Of a DNA stretch of 57,781 nt, positions 45,548 to 57,781 are shown in pieces (the first letter of the stretch is position 1; every line of letters begins with the position of its first letter). Location of the stretch: positions 1 through 57,781 of the forward strand of contig CAXHJY010000332.1 in NCBI GenBank assembly GCA_964016885.1, written 5' to 3'. The notes beneath the pieces are model-generated. The model had not been told where the DNA came from. It was given only the letters and a program-made list of their open reading frames with translations, and searched no databases. Both the position numbers and the translations under genes were made by a program. The stretch comes from Eledone cirrhosa (taxonomy: Eukaryota).

Positions 45548-48241
45548 ATGCCTCTCACCACCACTACAATCTTAACAAACACACAGACACAGAAAACAAG
45601 TAATGACAGTAGCACAGAAATCAGAGAAATAAGAGAAAGTAATAGGATTAAAAGGAGTAGGGAGACTAAGGACAAAGAGAATAACCAAGACGAACACACA
45701 GACACACAAAATAGGGTAGATAACATTGAGCCAGTGGAAAGAGACAGGAGTAATTATGAGAGACATAGAAACAACCATGAAGCTGAGGCTGCTGCTGTTG
45801 GTGGAAATAGAAACAACACAACTAACAATAGCACTAGTACACATAAAGCAGCAGCCTGGAACTCTCCGTTTTATAACCCCTCCGATAAATCATTCGACCT
45901 ACGACGAGTCCACGCCACGACATTGCCATTTAACAAACGCACGCAGTTGCCGTCGCAGGTCGATGAACAAACAGAAGCACAATTTAGTATAGCTAAATCC
46001 GAACTTAGAAATATTATAGAACAGTATAGCAAGAAGCATAATAGAATAGAGGCCCAGCAACTGGGAGAAGAATCTGCAAATGGCTTGCGTAAGCTCATGC
46101 AGCGCTCGCGTAATGGAGAGATAGCATGCTTTCCAACAGACAAGTCTGGCAGAATGTCGGTTGACAGCCTGCCAAACTACATCCAGGCAATGCAACCCCA
46201 CATCACTAACACAAGAGAGGTAACACCACAGGAGCATGAGGATAGAGAAAAAACCCTCAATGCCCATATGGTGATGTGGACAAATATAATGCAGCCCAAC
46301 AAAAGGACTGCCAACAACTTCCAGGCCTGGAACAATGACGTGCCGGCGTTGTATGGGCTTCGAAAAGACCATAAAACGGGCTGGGACCCTGTCGCGGGAC
46401 CACCAACACGGCCAGTCTGTGGGGCTAACATTGCTAGTAACTACAGACTGTCCTACTTCCTCTCCCTGATCATACGCCCCATCATTGAGATGTCCCCAGA
46501 TGTATGTGACAGCACGGAGGACCTCCTCAGCAGAATCGGCGCGGGTAACCGATCTGGGGACCTAACAAACTGCATAATAGGCAGTATGGATGTTGTGTCC
46601 CTGTATCCATCTATTGACGTGGATTTTGCTGTGGAGAAATGCGTCGAAATGATCAGCGAGAGCAAGGTTGAGTTCCGTGGGATTGATACCAGTGAGCTGG
46701 GACTTCTACTTAAGCTTACCCATAGTAATAGTTACCTAGACACTTATGACCTTAGCAACCTGTGCCCTACAAGACCAGCAAGAGGCAGACCACCTACCAT
46801 TACCTCAATGGCCAAGAAAACCCACACAGATAGATGGAACGGGTGGACCAGAGCCATACGGACACCCGAAAACCACGATGAACTGAAGAAAATGATTGCA
46901 CATGCGGTAGGGGCCAGCATAAAATTAACCCTTAAGGAACATATGTTCAAATTTAATGGTAAAACATATGCCCAAGAGGAAGGAGCAGCCATTGGTGTTA
47001 GCATTGCAGGCGACATAGCTAACTTGTTCATGGTATGGTGGGACAGTAGACTTAAACAAAAACTTAAAGAACAATTAGAAGACAGCTTAACCCTGATAAT
47101 GTACTCCCGCTACGTAGATGATATAAACATCGTAGTTAAGACACCCCCACTAAAGAACAGTCAGGAACCAGAGAAAAACACAATGGAAAGCATCCAGCAA
47201 ATAGCAAACTCCATCCACCAGAGCATTAGAGTTACTATAGACTACCCAAGTAGACACCCCAACCATCGATTACCTGTACTAGACACAGAGCTCTGGTTAG
47301 ATACTATTAACAACCAAAAACAAATCCTCCATTCCCATTATGCCAAACCCATGACTTCCAAACATCTGATCCACCGAAACTCGGCCATTTCGGACCATAC
47401 CAAAATCAACATACTGATTGCGGATTTGATACGGGTGATGAGAAATGTGTCCCGCATGTGCAACCCCGAAGAACTAGAGAGACACATACAACACTTCATC
47501 CACCGTATGCAGTTCTCTGGCTACAATCAGAGAGATAGAATCAGAGTGTATAAAGGAGCCAGAACCAAATGGGAAAAAATGGTAAATAATGACATAAATG
47601 GGACCTGCCCCTTGTATAGGAGCAAATTTTGGAATAGAATAGAAAGAACTAAGAACAAGGCCAATAGAATAAACTCATGGTATGATAGCAATAAATACCA
47701 GAGTGTAATGTTCATCAATACAACCCCTAGAGGCGAACTAGCCTACAAATTTAGAAGGGCCCTAAAGAAACATAATCTCAATATTAAGATAGTAGAAAGA
47801 CCTGGTACCTCCGTAAAAACACTTATTAGCAAGACATACCCGTTCCAAAGACCCTCATGTATAGATAAGAAATGTATAACCTGTAAAATAAGCCCCCATA
47901 TTAACTGTAAAACTAGAAATGTAGTATATAGCATAAGATGTACTGAAGGACAATGTAGAAACAAAAATATAGTGTACATAGGTGAGACAGCTCGTAGTAT
48001 AGGGGAACGAATAAATGAACACTGGCGAGACCTCCAAGATAGTAAAGAATCATCTGTGCTCTACCAACATGCTAAGATAGAACACAGGGGTAAATTAGAG
48101 AGCATAGAAATAAAAATAGAATCCACACACAAGAAAGACGCAATGTTTAGGCAAATTACAGAGGCAGTAAGCATAAAAGAATTAAAACCAAAATTAAATA
48201 GAAAATATGAGTGGAACAGCAACATCACAACTTACAATTAA
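45548..48241 (+). CDS. Penelope-like reverse transcriptase + GIY-YIG endonuclease, 897 aa
   Basis: PTDKSG, LYGLRKDHK, TRPV, SMDVVSLYPSI, QEEGAAIG, RYVDDI, LPVLD, YAKP. Linker C-x4-C-x2-C. NVVYSIRC...[16 protein letters not shown]. The true start is probably upstream. Confidence 0.92.
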   Translation: MPLTTTTILTNTQTQKTSNDSSTEIREIRESNRIKRSRETKDKENNQDEHTDTQNRVDNIEPVERDRSNYERHRNNHEAEAAAVGGNRNNTTNNSTSTHKAAAWNSPFYNPSDKSFDLRRVHATTLPFNKRTQLPSQVDEQTEAQFSIAKSELRNIIEQYSKKHNRIEAQQLGEESANGLRKLMQRSRNGEIACFPTDKSGRMSVDSLPNYIQAMQPHITNTREVTPQEHEDREKTLNAHMVMWTNIMQPNKRTANNFQAWNNDVPALYGLRKDHKTGWDPVAGPPTRPVCGANIASNYRLSYFLSLIIRPIIEMSPDVCDSTEDLLSRIGAGNRSGDLTNCIIGSMDVVSLYPSIDVDFAVEKCVEMISESKVEFRGIDTSELGLLLKLTHSNSYLDTYDLSNLCPTRPARGRPPTITSMAKKTHTDRWNGWTRAIRTPENHDELKKMIAHAVGASIKLTLKEHMFKFNGKTYAQEEGAAIGVSIAGDIANLFMVWWDSRLKQKLKEQLEDSLTLIMYSRYVDDINIVVKTPPLKNSQEPEKNTMESIQQIANSIHQSIRVTIDYPSRHPNHRLPVLDTELWLDTINNQKQILHSHYAKPMTSKHLIHRNSAISDHTKINILIADLIRVMRNVSRMCNPEELERHIQHFIHRMQFSGYNQRDRIRVYKGARTKWEKMVNNDINGTCPLYRSKFWNRIERTKNKANRINSWYDSNKYQSVMFINTTPRGELAYKFRRALKKHNLNIKIVERPGTSVKTLISKTYPFQRPSCIDKKCITCKISPHINCKTRNVVYSIRCTEGQCRNKNIVYIGETARSIGERINEHWRDLQDSKESSVLYQHAKIEHRGKLESIEIKIESTHKKDAMFRQITEAVSIKELKPKLNRKYEWNSNITTYN

Positions 48242-48436
48242 GGACAAAATGAAAACACACACACACATAGAACAAACAACTTACAATTGAAAACACACAC
48301 AAAATGAAAACACACACAAGACAAAATGAAAACACACACACACATAGAACAAACAACCAACCAACAATAAATAAATAAATAAACAAACAAATATAAATAG
48401 AAAAATAGAAAAATGAACACAAACACACACAGACAC

Positions 48437-48492
48437 CCGGATGTGGCGCATGCGCAAACTGAGCACGCAACCCACACACAAACAAAATGGCG
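48437..48492 (+). promoter_or_regulatory. Putative pLTR promoter motifs: ETS-like CCGGATGT, NRF1-like GCGCATGCGC, YY1-like CAAAATGGCG
   Basis: Consensus matches at 48437-48444, 48446-48455 and 48483-48492. The latter two are echoed at 38115-38124 and 38199-38207. Confidence 0.4.
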
Positions 48493-48535
48493 TAGGATAG
48501 AAGAAAGGAAAGGCACAGAAACGAAAGAAATCCCC

Positions 48536-48580
48536 AGTCACTGAAGAGGTCACAGAGTGTGTGACGAAAGAACTATGACT
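48536..48580 (+). ncRNA. Minimal type I hammerhead of PLE family 1
   Basis: AGTCA-CTGAAGA-G-GTCAC-AGAGTGT-GTGAC-GAAA-GAAC-TA-TGACT. Confidence 0.85.
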
Positions 48581-48795
48581 ATATATATATAAACAACTAT
48601 CTGGTTGTGGAACCAACCAACCAACCAGAAATTTATAAATTTGTAAATTTATAAATATATATTAAATTAAATTGAAGTGAAAGCAACTGGTGCGTGTGTT
48701 TCTTATTGGCAACATGACCCTCCCAAAGTATAACAATATCGGTTTCAACACACGATTTCAGATAAAGAATCTTGCTAAACAAATTCAGAAACGAC

Positions 48796-50632
<1,837 letters not shown>

Positions 50633-50831
50633 GTAGATAAATCTACCAAAAGTTTACGGTAGTGTCCAATCCGTATGAAGAACTCAATGTAATCCGGATA
50701 TCATGAAAAGAAGAGATGCCTTCAAAAATCACTTTCGGTGAAAGATAAACGGAATACAGAGTCAAGATAAAATATTTAAAAAATAATGAATAAAACAAAG
50801 AAACAGTTCCTTATATTAAACAAAAAAAGTT

Positions 50832-50970
50832 CATTATATTACGATCGTTTCTAGGACATATATGTGTTAGAATTGGTATGCATATTCAAAAGATCTATGT
50901 ACAAAATTATACAAACTATCAAGGAGAATATACATACCATCACATATATATGCTGTCTTCAGAAATGATG
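50832..50970 (-). ncRNA. Type I hammerhead with ~104-nt stem II
   Basis: Reverse complement: CATCATTT-CTGAAGA-[hairpin including TGGTATGTATATTC/GAATATGCATACCA]-GAAA-CGATCG-TA-ATATAATG. Confidence 0.65.
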
Positions 50971-51793
50971 ATGTATATTTATTGATAATAACAACAATTC
51001 AAAATTACAGGTCTGTTTGGGAACAGATTTTAAATAGACCAATGAAATACATAAAAATTCATCAAGAAAATACAGTTAGGTGTGTGTATATATGTAAGTA
51101 AATTTGCTCACAGATATGCATAAAAATGTATGTTCACATGCATACGCATGTTGAAAAAGTGTATGTAAATATAAAATATAAAAATTTAGGGCTAATGTAT
51201 CTGTATGTTTACAATCTACAGACAAAATATACATATATATACATATATATATATACATATATATATACACACATATACACACACACGTACACATACATAA
51301 ACACACACATACATACGAACACACATATACAAACACACATACGTATATATTATTATTATAACTATATGGATATTGAGGCGCTCACATAAACACGCCCACA
51401 CGCACTTACATTTAGATGCAGAAGTAAAGGAGGCAAGGGAGTAAGTAATTAAAGGAAAGTGTCAAACTCGACATATTTATAAAAATGTATCTATAAAGTT
51501 AGAAATAAAAAAAAAATTTTATAGAAGGAAAAAACTTAAAAACGGGGGAACAAAAAATAAGGGGGAGGGTTGTTACGTACATACACAGACGCGAATGTCT
51601 CACAAAAGAAATATAAAAAAACATAAAAAACATAAAAGAGAGACATAAAATATACATGCTTATATACATACGCACATTTACACATCCATACGTACGCACA
51701 CACACATACACATACTTAACCTCACACATATTAACCTGTTTGTATGCATATACATAAAAATAAGTAAAACAAATACCCATACATATAAATACA

Positions 51794-51845
<52 letters not shown>

Positions 51846-52046
51846 TACACACAACACACATATATACATATATATACACATACATATATATATATATATA
51901 CATATACACACAACATACATATATACATATATATACACATACATATATATACATATACATATATATACATATACATACATATATATATATATACACACAT
52001 ATATATATATATATATATATACATATACATACATATATATATATAT

Positions 52047-52103
<57 letters not shown>

Positions 52104-53219
52104 GTCAGTCATATGCACATATATACACATACATACACACATCTCTACAAATACATATACATACACATACATACATACACATATATATACATATACATAT
52201 ATATATATATATATATATACACTCATACACACATATTTACATGTGCACATATGTATTTTTATACTCACATACAAACACACAAACATACATACACACATAC
52301 ATACACATACATACATCCACGCTTACAAATACGAATAATTAATGGGGGGGAAAGGGGGATTAAAATTATTAGTGGGAAATAGTAAATATATAGGTTTCAA
52401 GGAACATAGAATATTAATCTGCAGTTAAATCATAATATGTGTTAACATAGTTGTGTCAGTATTAGGAAATGGTATTTGTAAGAAAGAAGGCTAAATTATG
52501 TATTTTAATATAAGTAGACTATTAATTATAGGTTAATTAAAGTAAAAATAGTTAATATATTAATTTCTAAGGTGTATACTACTTAGGTTTATAATATTTA
52601 AAGCGGAATTTTGAAGTTAAACAGTAGTAGAGTATTAATTATAGCATAACTAAATTTAAAATAATTACATATATTAACATGATGGTATCAATTTTAGGAA
52701 ATGAAATTTGTAATAGGGAAAGCCAAATTAAGTATTTCATCGGTAGTAGAATATTAATTATAGGTTAACTAAATTAAAAATTATATATTAATTTCTATAG
52801 TATATGTTAATTAGGTTTATAATAATTAAAGCAAAATTTTGTATTTTATCTATAGTAGAATATAATAATAGGTTAACTAAATTAAAATCAATCTATATAT
52901 TTATTTGTAAAGAGTATATTAATTAGGTATATATTTAAAAGTTTTTCTCAGTTTATGATTACACGATATTCTGCAATCCATCTGTATTAGAATTTTAATT
53001 ATAAGCTAACTAAATTAAAATTATAGGTTAACTAAATCAAAATTAATTTATAAATTAATTTCTAAATTGTATATTAATTAGGTTTATAATATTAAAAAGT
53101 ATTTCTCCATTATTAATTACACGATATTTTGTTGTATTTCATCTGTAAAGGCACTCGACAAATTTTTGGAGTAGATATACGATATTAATAAATGGAAACT
53201 ATATTTATAAAACCATATT

Positions 53220-53283
53220 TATTTCATTATACATATTTCAGGGATACCACATTAAATTATGGTATGCCTTCATCAGACAAATA
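53220..53283 (-). ncRNA. Type I hammerhead
   Basis: Reverse complement of 53345-53409, with one T fewer in stem I. Confidence 0.7.
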
Positions 53284-53344
53284 CAATATATAACAGTTTT
53301 ACAAATAGGTACGTCAAACCTATTTGTAAAACTGTTATATATTG

Positions 53345-53409
53345 TATTTTGTCTGATGAAGGCATACCATAATTTAATGTGGTATCCCTGAAATATGTAT
53401 AATGAAATA
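53345..53409 (+). ncRNA. Type I hammerhead
   Basis: TATTTTGT-CTGATGA-AGG-C-ATACCAT-AATTTAAT-GTGGTAT-C-CCT-GAAA-TATGTA-TA-ATGAAATA. Confidence 0.75.
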
Positions 53410-53585
53410 AATATGGTTTTATAAATATAGTTTCCATTTATTAATATCGTATATATATATATATATATATATAGAAAGATTTGAATGGATACAGTTTAGT
53501 TGAAAGGAATTTATTGACACGTGTTTTTATAACAGTTACATAACCTGAAAACGGCTGCTATCTACAAAGTTTTAGTTATGCAGAC

Positions 53586-53629
53586 ATTCAATATTTCAAT
53601 GTTATTATTTACTGTCATTTCATCAGAAT
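53586..53629 (-). ncRNA. Degenerate hammerhead (G at the cleavage position)
   Basis: Reverse complement: ATT-CTGATGA-AATG-...-CATT-GAAA-TAT-TG-AAT. Confidence 0.45.
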
Positions 53630-54661
53630 AATATTACTGAGGACCTATTTGGTTTTTATAGAGAATATTAGGAGGGAGGGGTGAAGTTGTTAGAAGAATA
53701 GTTGAGGGAGTGGTTTTTTGATAGCAGTGAGAATTTTTGGTGGCAGTGAGTAATTAGATTCCCATCTGTTGTTTTGACATTTTTATAGAATATATTATTG
53801 GTTATTTTTCTAAATTTATAGAAGGATTAGAGATAGTAAAGATATGCGTGGTTGGTTTTGTGTTTGCACTTAATTAACATTCAGACTTAAATTTTTCTTT
53901 CAAGTGTACGTATCCTTTCACCCACGTATTCACACACAAATATATTTGCACACCTCTACAAAATACATATACTCAGATTCACATATTCATACTTACATAG
54001 CTATACACATGCATACATATATATATATACACACATGTATTCATGTACATACATACGCGCTCATGTGTATACATTTTCATACTCAACTTATCTTTATATA
54101 CACACGTATAGACACACACATATATACATACATACTCTAGTCTATGTGTACACATATACACATACATACACATCTATATATATATACATATATACACATA
54201 TATATATATATATAAGCACTTTAATACATGAATACACTTACATCTAACTATACACATCAAACATATATATATATATTTACTTATTTATATACATTTTCAC
54301 ATATATATACATATTTATGGACGTTTTTAGACACATTCATTATCGCATATTTGCACCTATTCTCATCAGCATATCTTTCTATTATTAGTATATATATATA
54401 GGAGGAAGTTATAGTTCACTTGAAGCATTGTGTAATGTGGTATAAACGTTTGTATTTGTAAAGGTTAAATAAACTAAAATTAATCTATATATTAATTTCC
54501 AAAGTATATATTAATTATGTTAATAATATTTAAATGTTTTTCACAGTTTATGATTATACGATATTTTTTAATTTCATCTGTAGTAGAATTTTAATTAAAT
54601 TAAAATTATAGGTTAACTACATTAAAATTAATTTATATATTAATTTCTAAAATATATATTA

Positions 54662-55048
54662 TTAATTAGGTTTATAATATTTAAATGTTTTTCTCAGTTT
54701 ATGATTACACGATATAATTAATTCCTGTCGCTTATTTAATAGGATATCCTTAGATTTCATTATTTCAAATAGTTCTTGGGAACACAATCTACATTCATTT
54801 CTATTATTTTGATAAGGGGTGGCTCTTTTGAGTACACTCCAGGTCATATCATATTCTATATTCTTATTTCTATAACTATTAATTTTTTCTGCTAGAGATG
54901 TTGTATTAGCCAGTGCGGCATTTTTAAAACTATGTTTGTGGGTATTAAACCTTACCTTAAAATTGTTAGAAGTAGCTCCTATATATGAGCAAATAGAATC
55001 TTTAGTTTTAACTTTACATTTATAAACTTCTGCTTCATTTCTACAATT
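54662..55048 (-). pseudogene. GIY-YIG endonuclease domain of a Naiad-like PLE (extends upstream of the listed 61-aa ORF)
   Basis: Hand translation: NCRNEAEVYKCKVKTKDSICSYIGATSNNFKVRFNTHKHSFKN...TSLAEKI...TWSVLKRATPY...CRLCSQE...LLNKRQELIISCNH. Confidence 0.85.
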
Positions 55049-55085
55049 TGATATAGATAATTACTATTCTTCTATATCACCTATA

Positions 55086-55560
55086 CCTAAATTGATACCA
55101 TCATGTTAATATATGTAATTATTTTTAATTTAGTTATGCTATAATTAATACTCTACTACTGTTTAACTTCAAAATTCCGCTTTAAATATTATAAACCTAA
55201 GTAGTATACACCTTAGAAATTAATATATTAACTATTTTTACTTTAATTAACCTATAATTAATAGTCTACTTATATTAAAATACATAATTTAGCCTTCTTT
55301 CTTACAAATACCATTTCCTAATACTGACACAACTATGTTAACACATATTATGATTTAACTGCAGATTAATATTCTATGTTCCTTGAAACCTATATATGTA
55401 ATATTTCCCACTAATAATTTTAATCCCCCTTTCCCCCCCATTAATTATTCGTATTTGTAAGCGTGGATATATGTATGTGTATGTAAGTGTGTATGTATGT
55501 TTGTGTGTTTGTATGTGAGTATAAAAATACATATGTGCACATGTAAATATGTGTGTATGA

Positions 55561-55610
<50 letters not shown>

Positions 55611-55913
55611 GTGTATGTATGTATGTGTATGTATATGTATTTGTAGAGATGTGTGTATGTATGTGTATATATGTGCATATGTGTCTGACTGTGTGTATTT
55701 ATATATATATATATATGTGTGTATGTATGTCTCTATATATATGTATGTCTGAGTGTGTGTGTGTGTGTGTGGTTGTGTATATATACATGGGTATGTGTGT
55801 ATGTATGTATATATATATATATATGTGTGTATGTATATGTGTGTATATATATATATGTATGTATATGTATATATATGTGTATGTGTATATATATGTATAT
55901 ATGTGTGTTGTGT

Positions 55914-55945
<32 letters not shown>

Positions 55946-56996
55946 CGGTGTGTATTTATATGTATGGGTATTTGTTTTACTTATTTTTATGTAAATGCAT
56001 ACAAACAGGTTAATATGTGTGAGGTTAAGTATGTGTATGTGTGTGTGTGTACGTATGTATGTATCGAACGTATGGATGTGTAAATGTGCGTATGTATATA
56101 AGCATGTATATTTTATGTCTCTCTTTTATGTTTTTTTATGTTTTTTTATATTTCTTTTGTGAGACATTCGCGTCTGTGTATGTACGTAACAACACCCCCC
56201 CCCTTATTTTTTGTTCCCCCGTTTTTAAGTTTTTCCTTCTATAAAAATTTTTTGTTATTTCTAACTTTATCGATACGTTTTTATAAATATGTCGAGTTTG
56301 ACACTTTCCTTTAATTACTTACTCCCTTACCTCCTTTACTTCTGCATCTAAATGTAAGTGTGTGTGGGCGTGTTTATGTGAGCGCCTCAATATCCATATA
56401 GTTATAATAATAATATATACGTATGTGTGTGTGTGTGTTTGTATATGTGTGTTCGTATGTATGTGTACGTGTGTGTGTATGCATGTGTGTATATGTGTGT
56501 ATATATATATGTATATATATATATGTATATATATGTATATTTTGTCTGTAGATTGTAAACATACAGATACATTAGCCCTAAATTTTTATATTTTATATTT
56601 ACATACACTTTTTCAACATGCGTATTCATGTGAACATACATTTTTATGCATATCTGTGAGCGAATTTACTTACATATATACACACACCTAACTGTATTTT
56701 CTTGATGAATTTTTATGTATTTCATTGGTCTATTTAAAATCTGTTCCCAAACAGACCTGTAATTTTGAATTGTTGTTATTATCAATAAATATACATCATT
56801 ATTTCTGAAGACAGCATATATATGTGATGGTATGTATATTCTCCTTGATAGTTTGTATAATTTTGTACATAGATCTTTTGAATATGTATAACAATTCTAA
56901 CACATATGTCCTAGAAACGATCGTAAAATAATGAACTTTTTTTGTTTAATATAAGGAACTGTTTCTTTGTTTTATTCATTATTTTTTTATTTTAAA
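55086..56996 (+). mobile_element. Inverted duplicate of the PLE family 3 3'UTR
   Basis: Reverse complement of ~50770-52697, moderately diverged. It starts about 35 bp beyond the point where the GIY-YIG frame is truncated. Confidence 0.88.
56797..56933 (+). ncRNA. Type I hammerhead with 102-nt stem II
   Basis: CATTATTT-CTGAAGA-(56812-56913)-GAAA-CGATCG-TA-AAATAATG. Perfect 8-bp stem I and palindromic stem III. Confidence 0.75.
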
Positions 56997-57010
56997 TATA
57001 CATATACATA

Positions 57011-57042
<32 letters not shown>

Positions 57043-57235
57043 CATACATATATATATATATACATATATATATATACATACATATATATATACATATATA
57101 TATATACATACATATATATATACATATATATATACATATATACATATATATATATACATACATATATATATACATATATATATATACATACATATATATA
57201 TACATATATATATACATATATACATATATATATAT

Positions 57236-57278
<43 letters not shown>

Positions 57279-57781
57279 TATATACATATATATATATATA
57301 CATATATATATACATATATATACATATATATATACATATATATATACATATATATACATATATATACATATATATATATATACATATATATATACATATA
57401 TATATATATACATATATATACATATATATACATATATATATACATATATATATACATATATATACATATATATACATATATATATACATATATATATACA
57501 CATATATATACATATATATATACATATACATACATATATATATACACATATATATACATATATATATACACATATATATACATATATATACACATATATA
57601 TACACATATATATACACATATATATACACATATATATACATATATATATACATATATATATACATATATATATACATATATATATACATATATATATACA
57701 TATATATATACACATATATATACATATATATATACATATATATACACATATATATACACATATATATACACATATATATAC
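56997..57781. repeat. Imperfect (TA)n/(TACA) microsatellite
   Basis: Directly visible. Confidence 0.98.

Larger units (their letters stand above)
45129..48795 (+). mobile_element. PLE family 1 (Neptune-like), 5'-truncated
   Basis: RT-GIY-YIG ORF with a Cys-rich linker, then a 3'UTR with a hammerhead, ending in a TA tract. Confidence 0.95.
53175..53454. repeat. 280-bp fold-back palindrome with a hammerhead in each arm
   Basis: Arms 53175-53310 and 53318-53454, loop ACGTCAA. Confidence 0.92.
50633..55050 (-). mobile_element. PLE family 3 (Naiad-like), 5'-truncated, with long 3'UTR interrupted by foreign sequence at ~53153-54455
   Basis: GIY-YIG remnant at 54662-55048. UTR repeats at 54460-54660 resume at ~53150-52500. 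Hammerhead and terminal hairpins at 50633-50970. Confidence 0.75.

Overview
AT-rich eukaryotic (animal) repeat-dense DNA with no recognisable host gene. A mollusc or cephalopod host is plausible but is only an inference from repeat style. The window is a scaffold of imperfect (TA)n microsatellite tracts with retroelements inserted between them. (1) Two RTE-clade LINE families: one intact 1039-aa APE-RT ORF with an internal PHD-type C4HC3 finger, plus six truncated copies ending in (GAT)n. (2) Two near-identical 5'-truncated CR1-group LINE copies. (3) Three Penelope-like element (PLE) families, including a ~6.6-kb head-to-head palindrome encoding RT + GIY-YIG and a Naiad-like GIY-YIG fragment with a ~1.9-kb inverted UTR duplication. 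(4) A 7.7-kb 98/99-bp satellite with higher-order structure, fused to the 5' end of the intact RTE. (5) A 614-bp tandem repeat with a fold-back. The main hidden signal, found by reading the sequence, is 16 type I hammerhead-ribozyme motifs of about 11 distinct sequence families (13 well formed, 3 degenerate). Most non-coding islands between TA tracts carry one, often inside fold-back palindromes, and one family has a ~100-nt stem II. All long Y/I/M/C-rich ORFs are microsatellite artefacts. Folds were paired by eye and none was computed.
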